From the human T2T-CHM13v2.0 reference genome, Homo sapiens, in assembly GCF_009914755.1 (NCBI RefSeq), contig NC_060927.1: a stretch of DNA of 64,000 bases, one strand, 5' to 3'. Shown here piece after piece: positions 48,675-60,553 of this stretch; position 1 is the first letter of the stretch, and every line of letters starts with the position of its first letter. Below the pieces are notes generated by a model. That model was not told the origin of the DNA. It did no database searches and was given only the letters and a program-made list of their open reading frames with translations. The translations under genes were made by a program, and so were the position numbers.

Positions 48675-50848
48675 CTAGGAGGGGAGGGGAGTGGGTGAGG
48701 GCAGCAGGGAGAGGCCTCGAGAGAGGCTGCACCAGCACCCTGCCTGGGCGGGCTGTGGGAGAGGTGTGTGCACGGAGCACGGCTGTACACATGGATGTGT
48801 GCATAGCGTTCTCGTTACCAAGAGAGCAAGTGGGCTTCATCTGCATGTATTAAGAGGCCCTGCCCTCTAGCCTCTTGAGGTAGAGACGATCCTGAGATAT
48901 TGATGTATTCATTGATTTCCCCCTCTTCCTTCCCCAGCAGCTGGTGCTTAGCTGGGTCCACATTTGCTCACATCAGGGGAGTTATTTAGCTGGACAGAAA
49001 GCAGAAGCCAGCAAGTCCTTGCTTTCCAAGAGCCTAGGCCCCTAGGAGAACTTGGAGGGTTTGGGGGAATGGTGTCAGGGTCATGGGAAGAAGGGTGTCT
49101 GGGAGGAGCAGGGGAGCCGAGGAGGGGCTTCCCCAGATGAGGAGCGGCGATTTCCTGGTGCTGAGGGGGTTGAAGGAGAGTGAGACAGAGGCAGAGACAG
49201 AGAGAACTAGCGATGTGGCCCCAAGTCGCTCACGACCCTGAATGCTGCAGGGTGTGTGTGGTGGGGCCAGGGCTCTGCAGCCTTGCAAAGCGTTCCCCTG
49301 TGCCAAGGTGGCTCCAAGGGGCTGCTCAGGCAAAACACAGACTCAGCTGTGGGAACTGATGCCCAGAGGGTCTCCCATCGCACGGGCGCACACACGCAGG
49401 CATGCACGCGTGCACAAACTGCCCGGTGGTGTGGGAGGCCATATCAGAATGAAGTTGAGTTCTAGAACATAAAGCCAGTGTTACTTCTTGCACACCAGGG
49501 TCTGGCCCCCGCCAACCTGAGTAGCTCCGTCTGGTACCATCCTCTGACTCACCCGCCTTGTTTCTTACCAATCCTCTGGACCGCCTGAGATGGTTGCGGG
49601 GCTCAGCTTACCCATCACCTCTGCAGAGCACCGTCCTGCCTGCTCTATTTCAGTGGATTTCCCCGCAACCCTCGTTTTCTCTGTCCTGCCCTTCCCTTTT
49701 CCTCACAGCACCCCAACATGTGTCACTGTATTGTTTTGGGTGTGTTTATTTACTCTCTGCTCTGTGGGGGCAGGAAGGTCTCTTCGTTTACTGCTGCATG
49801 CTTATGACCAGCGGGTAGCAGGTGCTCAGTAGAGGTGTCGAGTTAATTAAAGAGGAAGAGGTGCGTGGGGCCTCGGAGGCAGAGCTGTTTCTGGCTGATG
49901 GGTGTGCAGGGTTGGACTGTGCCGTGTGTCATTTGATGGCCATTAATTCAACAAGGAACCAGCCAGTGCTTTCTCCAAGCGAGATGCTGTGTGGAGTTCC
50001 AGAGGGTAGACACAGGGGAAGACTGGACCCTCCTCTGAGGACTAACGAGACTGAGCAGGCAGAGGCTTGCAGAGGCCATGTGGGTGCGGGCAAGAGAGGC
50101 CCTGCTCCAGAGAGGGAGGGGCTCAGGGAGCACCTTGGAGGAGGTGACAGTTGCGCTGGACTGTGATGGAGGCCAGGCACCGGCCAAGCAGAGGTGGCGG
50201 GGGAGACACAGGAGCTGGCTGAGCTGGAGGCAGGTCCCATGTGTGATGCGGGGACTGGGCAAAGGAACTCACACTTTCCAGCACATACCACATGTCAGGT
50301 GGGCACACGGCCTGGCTCATTTAGTCTGGGTGACAGCGCAGGTGTTACTATCCCCATTATACAGTCTGGGAAGTGGAGGTTGGCCAAGGTCACAGAAGTC
50401 ATGGGAAGGGGAAGGGCTGGGTCTGCTGAGCTGTGCCGCTGCCAGACAGCACCTCCCTACCCGGAGCCGGGCTTCTGAAGGGAGGCCCTGAGAGTGCAGG
50501 TGGCTCGGCATTAAGGACGCCTTGCTCACCCAAGGCAGTTACGCACACAGCACCGTGCCCGGCACCACGCCAGGCCCGGGACAGCCCGCAGTAAGAGCTG
50601 AGTGGGCACAGGCTAGGGGGCTGCTGGGCTCCCTGCGGGCAAGAGCAGACTTGGGGCAGCTCTCTGTGTCCCTGGAGCTCCTGTCCCTGGGGAATTTGAG
50701 AGAGCCTTAGGGCGTTCTTCTGGCTGGGACTCCAGGACTGCTCTGTGGACAGGGCTGATGGCCAGCTCAGGCCAGGCCCAGCAAGGGCAGCCTGGAGAGC
50801 TGACTTCCAGCGCAGGCTGTCCTCTCTCCTCCCACTGCACCCTCTTAC

Positions 50849-50948
50849 CTTGATCGTACACTTCGCCCACCACCGGCTTCAGGCCGTGCTCCTTTCCCGC
50901 CTCATAGATGGCTCCTCCATCCAGAGTGATGGCGTCAGCCTCCTGGGC
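50849..50948 (-). CDS. MELTF: Melanotransferrin exon 3 (AQEADAITLDGG..., iron ligand Asp78)
   Basis: CAG acceptor, GTAAGA donor, 100 nt; ADAITLDGG transferrin signature. Confidence 0.97.
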
Positions 50949-51944
50949 CTGCAAGGAAATGTGGCTCAGCCAAGCCTGGCCCAGCTGGCCTGCTCAGCAA
51001 AGAACTCGGGACACCTACCAGATGGCCTGGGGCCCCACCCCAAGCCCCAGAGGGCTGTGCTGTCCTTCTCATCTGTCCCAGGAGCCCAACCAGAGCCCAG
51101 GGCTCTCCCCCTTTCCCAGGCCAGGGATTCACCTTGTTTTCCTAATAATGTTAAAAAAAAAATACTAATCATTGATTTTGCAGGACTCAGATATCATAGT
51201 AAAAAAATCAGATAGCAGAAAACGGTGCGCAGTGACAAGTGAGTCTCCCTCGCTTTCTGTCCCTCCACCCTGCGCCTCTACTGCTACCCTAGGTTTTCTA
51301 GCTTTTTTTCTCTAAGGTGGTCTGTGCTTGGGGTTTCTGCCCTCACATGGAGCCTGACCCACAGCCTTGGCCCCAGTGTGGGCCTGTGATTGGATTAGGT
51401 CTTGGGGGCATATGGGGGGCAGAGCTGGAATGAAAAGCCAGCTTTCTTTGCACCCACCCAGGAGGGACGCCACTCTCTGGTGGTGCCTCGGAGGATTGTC
51501 AGTGTCATTTAGCAGTTCTCAGCAGACCTGCTCTCCTACCCCATGCTCACCCACCTGGGAGTCCAGCCCCTGCTCCTCCTTCCCCAGAAACCACACAAGC
51601 CCCATTCTGGAGAGCCCCATGGCAAGATGAGCAAGTAACCGCCTGCGGCCACTGAGGGGCCGCCACCATCTGGGCCCCCTTGGCAGGGGCCTTGTGGAAG
51701 GGAAGCCTCTCAGGTGCCTTTCTTTGCTGGCGCCCTCTGAGCAGCGGGTCCTCCTGAGGCTCCCACCTCCTGGCCTGGGCCCGGCGGGAGGCAAGCTGGC
51801 CTCGTGGCCAGGGAGACTCGGGAGATCCTATCGGCCGGGCCTGGCAGGGCGAGGTCGGCTCCTTTCCTGGTGAATGGGGCTGTTGTGTGCTCCCTCCTGA
51901 GTCACAGCCCTCTTGTCTGGCAGGGTGGAAGGGAGAGGACTCAC

Positions 51945-52099
51945 CGCGATGAGCTGGACGCAGTGGTCGGCGGAGGTGCCCCGGACGCAGAGGAGGGAGG
52001 GCTGGATGCCCGCTTCCCGGAAGGCCTCGCTCATGTTGCCGCACTTGTGCTGCTCTGGGTCCGAGGTGGCGCACCACCGCACCTCCATGCCACCGAGCA
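51945..52099 (-). CDS. MELTF: Melanotransferrin exon 2 (N-lobe start, VLGGMEVRWCATSDPEQHKC...CVQLIA)
   Basis: CAG acceptor, GTGAGT donor, 155 nt; transferrin VRWC motif; frame continuous with exon 1. Confidence 0.97.
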
Positions 52100-53199
52100 C
52101 TGCGGGCAGGGGACCGTGAGGCCCGGCTCCCCCGCCCTGCCCAGCCCCGGCCCACCATGGAGGGTGGCTCCAGCAGTTCTGTGTGAGCCCATTCGCCTGG
52201 ACAGCCAGTCCTCTAGGGCAGCCCTGCCCTCCCACAGGGAGGCACTAGGCGCAGAGACAGGGGAAGGGCTGGTATTCCTGTGCTCAGGGCCTCTCTGACC
52301 AGGAGCACGGCTGCTGGCAAATGGAATGGCTCAGAACCCGGCCCTTTATGGAGGAATGGGAGGGTCTACAGGTCGCTTCTCAGCTACCCCCACCTGGTGG
52401 GAGCACTGGCTAGGGAGTCTCGGCAGGCCCTGGAAGTGGAAGCTTCTTCCCCTCTCCAGGCCTCCCGAAGAGGGTGCTCGTGTAGGTTCCCTCACCCAGC
52501 AGTGTCCCTGGGCCTTCCTCATGAACTGGGACGGGAGAGTGAGGTGAGGGGGCTGTGGGTGGGCTGCCCTCCAGGAGCCCTGTCCCCTCGGGGAGTGTCT
52601 GCGATGATGCTGGCTGCAAAGCCACCCTCGGTGGGCACAGTGCCAGGCCCTGCCAAGGGAAGACGGCAGGCACAGAGGGGAGGCTGAGGACCCATCAGGG
52701 TAGGTTCAAGCCTCTCTGAGCCTGCTTCATCTTCTGAGAGAGCAGATAAAAACCCCACCTTCTGTGTTGAAAGTAAACCCCCTTGTAGAGAGCCTGAGAC
52801 ACCCACATCCTCAGTGGACTTCTGCTTATGCCTCAGGATCTGACCGGGTCAGAGTCCCCGAGAGCTCCCAGGCTAGGGGCCCAGAGGAAGGGGTGCTGGA
52901 GCCCCTTGGGGCCGATGACTTTCAGGCCTGAGCTCCTCTGCCATTCACCCTGCCCCAGCCAGCACTGCCAGAGGCCTGTGCAGGAGGGAGGGAAACGCAT
53001 GACTCCGCCCGAAACCAGGTCACCCTCCCGTGGCAGCCCCACCAGCCCAAGGGCCGAGACTGAAGCTTCCGCCACAGCCCTCCCCTCCCCACTCCTGGCG
53101 GAGGCCTGGGAAGTCGAACTGCCCTCCCCTCCGCAGCGCTCCAAGCCCCCCACCACCCAGGCGGGAAACTGCAAAGTTCAGACGGGGCGGGGGTGGCGG

Positions 53200-54200
53200 T
53201 GGCTTCATCGTTTGCATTGATGAGTGCGTCGCCTGCGGCCACAGCGGTGCCACGAACTCCATCCCCTCGGCGGTCGCCGCCCGCGATCCCCGCGAGCCGC
53301 TCCCCGAGGTCCCGCCTCCCGTCCCACCATCCCGGGCCCTGACTCCCCGGGGCGCCGACGCGAGGGGACCCGGCCTCCGTCTCCACCTCCATCCCTGCAT
53401 GTGCCAGAAACCCCCGGGCGGACTCCCGCGCCTGCCGGTCAGTCCCTCTGAATCTTCTCCCGCGGGGGCTCGGGAGAAAGAGCTGCTCTGAGCCCCCAAA
53501 GTCTTCCTGAGTTCCTGCGCCCGTCGGGAGGGGCCGCCCTCCGGGAGCTCCTCTCCACACCCCGAGGCCTCCCCACCACGCCTCAGCCCGCGCTTCTCCT
53601 TGGAGCGTCGGAAGCCTCGGGTGTTCGAGGCCGCCTCCTCCAAGAAGCCTTCCAGACTTCCCCGTCTGCGCTTCAGTGCTAGTTCCCTCCGCCGTCCTCA
53701 CTCGACCCCGAGCCCCTGCCTCCCCCGTCTCACTGCCCCGGAGCCGCAGGCTCAGGCACATTTCCAGCCCCGGGACCTGCTCAGCCGGGCCGCGGCGCCC
53801 CGGGACCCCCGCCCGCCTTTGGCTCTCACAGCGGGGCCTCACCGGTGCGCAGAGCCAGGAGCAGCCACAGAGCCCCGCTCGGACCCCGCATGGCGCCGTC
53901 GGGGCTGGCTGGGGCCGGGCTGGGGCTGGGTCCGGGTCCGAGGAGGTCCGCAGCAGCCGGGCTTCCTCCCTGCTCCCCCTCGCGCTGGCCCGAGCTCCTT
54001 AAGTGCGGCCGCGAGTTCCCGGGCGGAATCCACGCCCCTGGGGCGCAGGTCACCTCCCGCCGACCCCGGACCCCGCCCCTGGGCGGCCCCGGCGCGCCCC
54101 CTGCTGGAGGCCTCCCGCTCGGGCCCGGGCGCCGCTGCTCGGGGCTCTCGCCTCAGCCTCCTACCCCGCGTTCCAGGGTATCCTCCCCTCCTCGCGCCCT
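53200..54200 (-). promoter_or_regulatory. MELTF: MELTF promoter CpG island with GC box at 54071-54078; TSS inferred near 54000
   Basis: CpG-dense region around exon 1; CCCCGCCC; no canonical TATA box seen. Confidence 0.8.
53843..53891 (-). CDS. MELTF: Melanotransferrin coding exon 1 (signal peptide MRGPSGALWLLLALRT)
   Basis: ATG at 53891-53889 in GGCGCCATG context; 49 nt followed by GTGAGG donor; hydrophobic signal peptide. Confidence 0.97.
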
Positions 54201-54335
54201 AGAAAGACTCCAGATACCGTGTCTAACTGGAGAGAGAAAAGCTCAGACGTGGAAGGAAGGAGAGGTCAGAATCCCAGAGTCGGGGCTGGAGGGCAGCTGG
54301 AGGATGATCTCATTCACGCAGCAGCTCCCTCCCAG

Positions 54336-54754
54336 CACAGCTGCACAGAGGATCTGGGATACGGGGGAGCCCAGGCCGAGCGCCCTGGCGAGGGGGAGCC
54401 GGGCAGGGGCACCTCGGCCACAGCTGCACAGAGGATCTGGGATACGGGGGAGCCCAGGCCGAGCGCCCTGGCGAGGGGGGAGCCGGGCAGGGGCATCTCG
54501 GCCACAGCTGCACAGAGGATCTGGGATACGGGGGAGCCCAGGCCGAGCGCCCTGGCGAGGGGGAGCCGGGCAGGGGCATCTCGGCCACGGCTGCACAGAG
54601 GATCTGGGATACGGGGGAGCCCAGGCCGAGCGCCCTGGCGAGGGGGGAGCCGGGCAGGGGCACCTCGGCCACAGCTGCACAGAGGATCTGGGATACGGGG
54701 GAGCCCAGGCCGAGCGCCCTGGCGAGGGGGGAGCCGGGCAGGGGCATCTCGGCC
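54336..54754. repeat. 83/84-bp GC-rich VNTR, 5 copies, in the MELTF upstream region
   Basis: Units start at 54336, 54419, 54503, 54586 and 54670. Confidence 0.95.
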
Positions 54755-54961
54755 TAGCCGACTGCCTCTCCTCGGGCCTAGAGACGGGAGGTGACTTGCC
54801 CGAGTCAGGCATCCAGTCAGTGGCAGAGCCAGCTGATTGGAAGGTGAGAAGAGGACCAGAGAGAAATTGGAGGAAGCGGAAAAGGAGAAACAGGCGGAGA
54901 AGGGGAGGAAGAGAGTGAAGAAGGTGAGGGAGGAAAGGGTGGGTTGACCGTATTTCTAGGA

Positions 54962-55129
54962 CAGTGGTTCTCAGTGTGGTCCCTAGGCCAGCAACGTGAG
55001 CATCACCCTGGAACTTGCTGGAAATGCAAGTGCTCAGGCCCCACCTCCGACCCACTGGATCGACAGCTCTGGGGGCGGGGCCCACAATCTGTTTTTATTT
55101 CGGGGCACAGCAAATGTTGAGAACCACTG
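54962..55129. mobile_element. MER5A-like hAT MITE
   Basis: Perfect 12-bp TIRs CAGTGGTTCTCA / TGAGAACCACTG. Confidence 0.8.
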
Positions 55130-55809
55130 TCGCAGGCGGGCAAAAGCGGCACTCCCCATGTGGTTGGGGATGCGGGGAATGAACTGAAGACATTGTTAGT
55201 CACCTGCCTCCATTTAGGCCTCACCTTTATGTCATCAGCCCCTCTGAGACTCAGAAATGATGTCTCTCTCTGACATGGGTAAGTACAACAGTGAGAGAGA
55301 AGACATCCCTCTGAGTTTGTCTGTCCTTGAGCTTGCTCTGCGCCCTGGGGAAGGAAGGCCTCCCTCCTATGGGGCCATGAAGCTACTGCTTATCACACAC
55401 TGGATCAGGGGAAGGAACATGGGCTGGGCTTCAGGAGACTCGAGCTCTACTTTTTAAAAACCAGCGACTTACAGACCCTGGGCGAGTTCGTCGCCCTCTC
55501 TGGGCTTGTTCCCCACATGTAAAAGGTAGGTCATGATGGCCGTGACGTGCCATACTTTCCGTCTCCTGTCTGCTCTGGAGGACTTGTGCTGTGGAAGCTG
55601 TTTCTCCATCCCCCCAGATGGATCCCTTCTTCCTAGTTTGCACAAAGGTGCCGAATGGACTAGCAGGCAGCCTTGCTAGAGGGGCTGATGGCTTGTCCTA
55701 AGAAGATGGAATAAATAGAAGAGTCCTTAACAAGCCTCGTTCTCCTGACCACGAGGATAGAAAGGCTCAGTTGGCACACTCCAGGAGCCACCAGATGACT
55801 GGCAGGATC

Positions 55810-55960
55810 TGTTTGATGACTAAGTCCTTCCTTTGGCAAAACTCCACGTGACGCTGATAGGGAGTGAGAACAACCATAACCTAAGAGGTTTGCTGGGCTC
55901 TTTCACAATGAAGTTCTTCCCTTATCTCTTGGGTGTCATTCAGCTGTGACTCATCAGTGA
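55810..55960. promoter_or_regulatory. Putative upstream enhancer: AP-1-like TGACTAA 55817, E-box CACGTG 55845, SOX-like ACAATG 55905, AP-1 TGACTCA 55947
   Basis: Motifs read directly from the sequence; about 2 kb upstream of the MELTF ATG. Confidence 0.6.
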
Positions 55961-56723
55961 ACTTGCTGCCTCTGGGTTCTCAGGGATTCTACATCGGGCC
56001 CGTTGGCCCAGGGTTGGCATGAACGCGCATCACCTTTGTGGAATGGGGAAGTCTGCCTCAGCTTGAGCCAGGATTCTGCCATTTCTGGGGTCCGGACATA
56101 CTTGGGTGTGCCAGAGAAATGGGTGGGATGTAATGAGAGAGTAATAAGCCAGTAGTTTAACCCACAAACAGCCTTCTGGAGGAGCAGAAGCTGAGGTTAG
56201 TTTGGTCCCCATTCTAGACTCATGTTGAGATTAGAGGGAGAGCATACAGACTAAAGGAACTGGTTTCACTGACACTTCGATCAGATTCTGGGGCCTAAGC
56301 AGCTCTGCCTGAGTCTCCCTGACCCTACCCCATAATATGAAATAAAAAGAGCTCTTCTCCACTCTTGCCAAAGACACAGCTCTGGCTCTCCAAGGATTCA
56401 GAGTGCCCAGAAGCATTGAGCTTGCTTGTCAGGGAATCGAGGAACAGTACATCCCATGGAGGGAATACACTACAGGCAGCCTCAGAAAGTGGGGGCCTTT
56501 GACAGGAGACTGAGAAGGTCCATCAGCAGGTAGTGGCTAATGAGCCAGCAAAGGGTGAACTCCTTTACCCAAAACGAAGTAAAATATTGTACTTAGGAAA
56601 AAATATTTTTCAACAAATCATAATTTCTGTCTGTCTATTTCTATGGCCCGCAATGTCTTTAAGAACAAGCCAAATAGTTTTTATTCTGGGGAACCCTTGG
56701 AAGGCTGGTGTGCCCTGAGAAAG

Positions 56724-59057
56724 TTTGGGTGTGAGCACCTGCAGTCGTGTGATGTCAGAGGATGTTACACTCTTGCTGACTGGTTGGGACATGAGCACCT
56801 GCAGTAGTGTGATGTCAGAGGATGTTACACTCTTGCTGATGGGTTGGGTGTGAGCACCTGCAGTAGTGTGATGTCAGAGGATGTTACCTCTCTTGCTGAC
56901 TGGTTGGGGTGTGAGCACCTGCAGTAGTGTGATGTCAGAGGATGTTACACTCTTGCTGACTGGTTACTGTGTGAGCACCTGCTGTAGTGTGATGTCAGAG
57001 GATGTTACACTCTTGCTGACGGGTTGGGGTGTCAGCATCTGCAGTAGTGTGATGTCAGAGGATGTTACCCTCTTGCTGACTTGTTGGGGTGTGAGCACCT
57101 GCAGTCGTGTGATGTCAGAGGATGTTACACTCTTGCTGACTGGTTACTGTGTGAGCACCTGCTATAGTGTGATGTCAGAGGATGTTACACTCTTGCTGAC
57201 GGGTTGGGGTGTCAGCATCTGCAGTAGTGTGATGTCAGAGGATGTTACCCTCTTGCTGACTTGTTGGGGTGTGAGCACCTGCAGTAGTGTGATGTCAGAG
57301 GATGTTACACTCTTGCTGATGGGTTGGGGTGTGAGCATCTGCAGTAGTGTGATGTCACAGGATGTTACGCTCTTGCTGACTGGTTGGGACGTTAGCACCT
57401 GCAGTAGTGTGATGTCACAGGATGTTACACTCTTGCTGACTGGTTGGGGTGTGAGCACCTGCAGTAGTGTGATGTCAGAGGATGTTACACTCTTGCTGAC
57501 TGGTTTGGGTGTGAGCACCTGCAGTAGTGTGATGTCAGAGGATGTTACACTCTTGCTGACGGGTTGGCGTGTGAGCACCTGCAGTAGTGTGATGTCAGAG
57601 GATGTTACTCTCTTGCTGACTGGTTTGGGTGTGAGCACCTGCAGTAGTGTGATGTCAGAGGATGTTACACTCTTGCCAACTGGTTGGGGTGTGAGCATCT
57701 GCAGTAGTGTGATGTCAGAGGATGTTACACTCTTGCCAACTGGTTGGGGTGTGAGCATCTGCAGTAGTGTGATGTCAGAGGATGTTACTCTCTTGCTGAC
57801 TGGTTACTGTGTGAGCACCTGCAGTAGTGTGATGTCAGAGGATGTTACACTCTTGCTGACTGGTTGGGTGTGAGCACCTGCAGTCGTGTGATGTCAGAAG
57901 ATTTTACACTCTTGCTGACTGGTTGTGGTGTGAGCACCTGCAGTAGTGTGATGTCAGAGCATGTTACACTCTTGCTGACTGGTTGGGTGTGAGCACCTGC
58001 AGTCGTGTGATGTCAGAGGATGTTACACTCTTGCTGACTGGTTGGGGTGAGTACCTGCAGTAGTGTGATGTCAGAGGATGTTACACTCTTGCTGACTGGT
58101 TGGGACATGAGCACCTGCAGTAGTGTGATGTCAGAGGATGTTACGCTCTTGCTGGCTGGTTGGGGTGTGAGCACCTGCAGTGGTGTGATGTCAGAGGATG
58201 TTACTCTCCTGCTGACGGGATGGGATGTGAGCACCTGCAGTAGTGTGATGTCAGAGGATGTTACGCTCTTGCTGACTGGTTGGGGTGTGAGCACCTGCAG
58301 TAGTGTGATGTCAGAGGATGTTACGCTCTTGCTGGCTGGTTGGGGTGTGAGCACCTGCAGTGGTGTGATGTCAGAGGATGTTACTCTCCTGCTGACGGGA
58401 TGGGATGTGAGCACCTGCAGTAGTGTGATGTCAGAGGATGTTACGCTCTTGCTGACTGGTTGGGGTGTGAGCACCTGCAGTAGTGTGATGTCAGAGGATG
58501 TTACTCTCTTGCTGACTGGTTACTGTGTGAGCACCTGCTGTAGTGTGATGTCAGAGGATGTTACACTCTTGCTGACGGGTTGGGGTGTCAGCATCTGCAG
58601 TAGTGTGATGTCAGAGGATGTTACCCTCTTGCTGACTTGTTGGGGTGTGAGCACCTGCAGTAGTGTGATGTCAGAGGATGTTACACTCTTGCTGACTGGT
58701 TACTGTGTGAGCACCTGCAGTAGTGTGATGTCAGAGGATGTTACACTCTTGCTGACTGGTTACTTTGTGAGCACCTGCAGTAGTGTGATGTCAGAGGATG
58801 TTACGCTCTTGCTGACTGGTTACTGTGTGAGCACCTGCAGTAGTGTGATGTCAGAGGATGTTACACTCTTGCTGACGGGTTGTGGTGTGATCACCTGCAG
58901 TAGTGTGATGTCAGAGGATGTTATGCTGTTGCTGACTGGTTACTGTGTGAGCACCTGCAGTAGTGTGATGTCAGAGGATGTTACGCTCTTGCCGACTGGT
59001 TGGGACGTTAGCACCTGCAGTAGTGTGATATCAAAGGGTGTTACACTTGCTGACTGC
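56724..59057. repeat. 60-bp VNTR, 39 copies
   Basis: Unit ggttggggtgtgagcacctgcagtagtgtgatgtcagaggatgttacactcttgctgact, counted line by line. Confidence 0.97.
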
Positions 59058-60271
59058 TTAATCTGAATTTGTATATTGAGAACAATGGCAGACATGTTGA
59101 GGAAGTTTTAGGAATAAAAGCTTTTTTTTTTTTTTTTTTTTTTTGCCTCTTTATAGGAAAGAATTTTTTTCTGTGAAGCATATGTAGGAGAAGTCCTGTC
59201 CATTTGGGCTGTGCCAAACTCTATGTCCAGGATTTTCAAAGGCAGAGTCTATGTTTGATCATTTCTGTGCTCATCACAGGGCCTTAAACACAGAGGATGA
59301 TTTCTAAGTGTGAACTGTTATGTTTTAGGATGTTATTAACTATCATTACTGGTGTCTGATGCTGCTGAAGGGAAGAATGAGACGAGCCACAGGATCTGGG
59401 GACTATGGTGGCCCCAAAGAGCTGTGTGAGCAGTTTCAATGGCATGGCCAGGGCTGAGGCTCAGGCAGGAAACTCAACTCCATGAGGGCAGGGATGGTGT
59501 CTTGTCTACCACCGATCCCAGTGTCTAGCATCAGGTCCGGAATATAATAGGATTCAATACATAATTATACTATTATAAATGAAGGGAAGAGTGAACAGAG
59601 TATCTCAAGATACTTGGCTAAGAAGGGAGAGGGGCTGTTTTCAGGGGGTTCAGCGTTGAGGGTCAGTTTTTACAGGAGAGATTTGATCAGAATGTGAAGA
59701 ATCAGATCCAGACAAGCAGAGTGAGCAGGAAGAAAGGAAAACAAAGCTTCTTCCCTGGGGATGGGCGGGAGGAGGACGGGAAAGGTTCCAACTGAGTTGG
59801 ACCTGCCATCAAATGTCAGTCTCTCAATGCTGAGCTCAGTTTATTATCAAACCACAAAAGCTTTCTTTTCCTGAAAACTTACTTGCAGTTCAGACTTTAA
59901 TATGTAGAAGAGGATTATAAAGACTCAAAGATGAACTTTGGAGATATAGTTTTAAAGCCATTAATAAATCTCCATCAACTTCATTGAATATAAGAGTTAA
60001 TCTGAGAAGAAACCAGTATAAAAGGGGGTAAAGAGTGAAGACGTAAAAATCAAGAATACTATATTTGGCTTTGTCACTAAAGACTTTCAGAGAAATTATT
60101 TATACCCCAGCTACTTCCAAGGAGGGCTTCAGCTGGCTTATAAAGGAAACATATATGCACAAGGAAGATAAAATCACAAAGCATGTTCGAGAAGGGAGAT
60201 TATTATACAGGAACCAGAAAAGAAAGACTATAATTGAACAAAGAAATTGGCTTAGAGATTTATAGTCGGAC

Positions 60272-60553
60272 TTTTTTTTTTGGAGATGGAGCTTCACTCA
60301 TGTCGCCCAGGCTGGAGTGCAATGGCACGATCTCTGTTCACTGCACCCTCCGCCTCCCGGGTTCCTGCCTCAGCCCCCCAAGTAGCTGGGATTACAGGTG
60401 CACGCCACTGCACTCGGCTAATTTTTGTATTTTTAGTAGAGACGGGGTTTCACCGTGTTGGCCAGGCTGGTCTTGAACTCCTGACCTCCGGTGATCCGCC
60501 CGCCTCGGCCTCCTAAAGTGCTGGGATCACAGGCGGAGCCGCCGCGCCCGGCC
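60272..60553 (-). mobile_element. Alu
   Basis: Alu consensus; TSD-like tagtcggac/tagtcagac. Confidence 0.9.

Noticed and set aside
52922-55085. Long ORFs (263-357 aa) around the promoter
   Set aside because: CpG island plus the 83/84-bp VNTR; low-complexity, no domain.
56724-59057. CRISPR-like regular array
   Set aside because: Units are contiguous tandem copies with no unique spacers and no cas genes, in a mammalian context: a VNTR.
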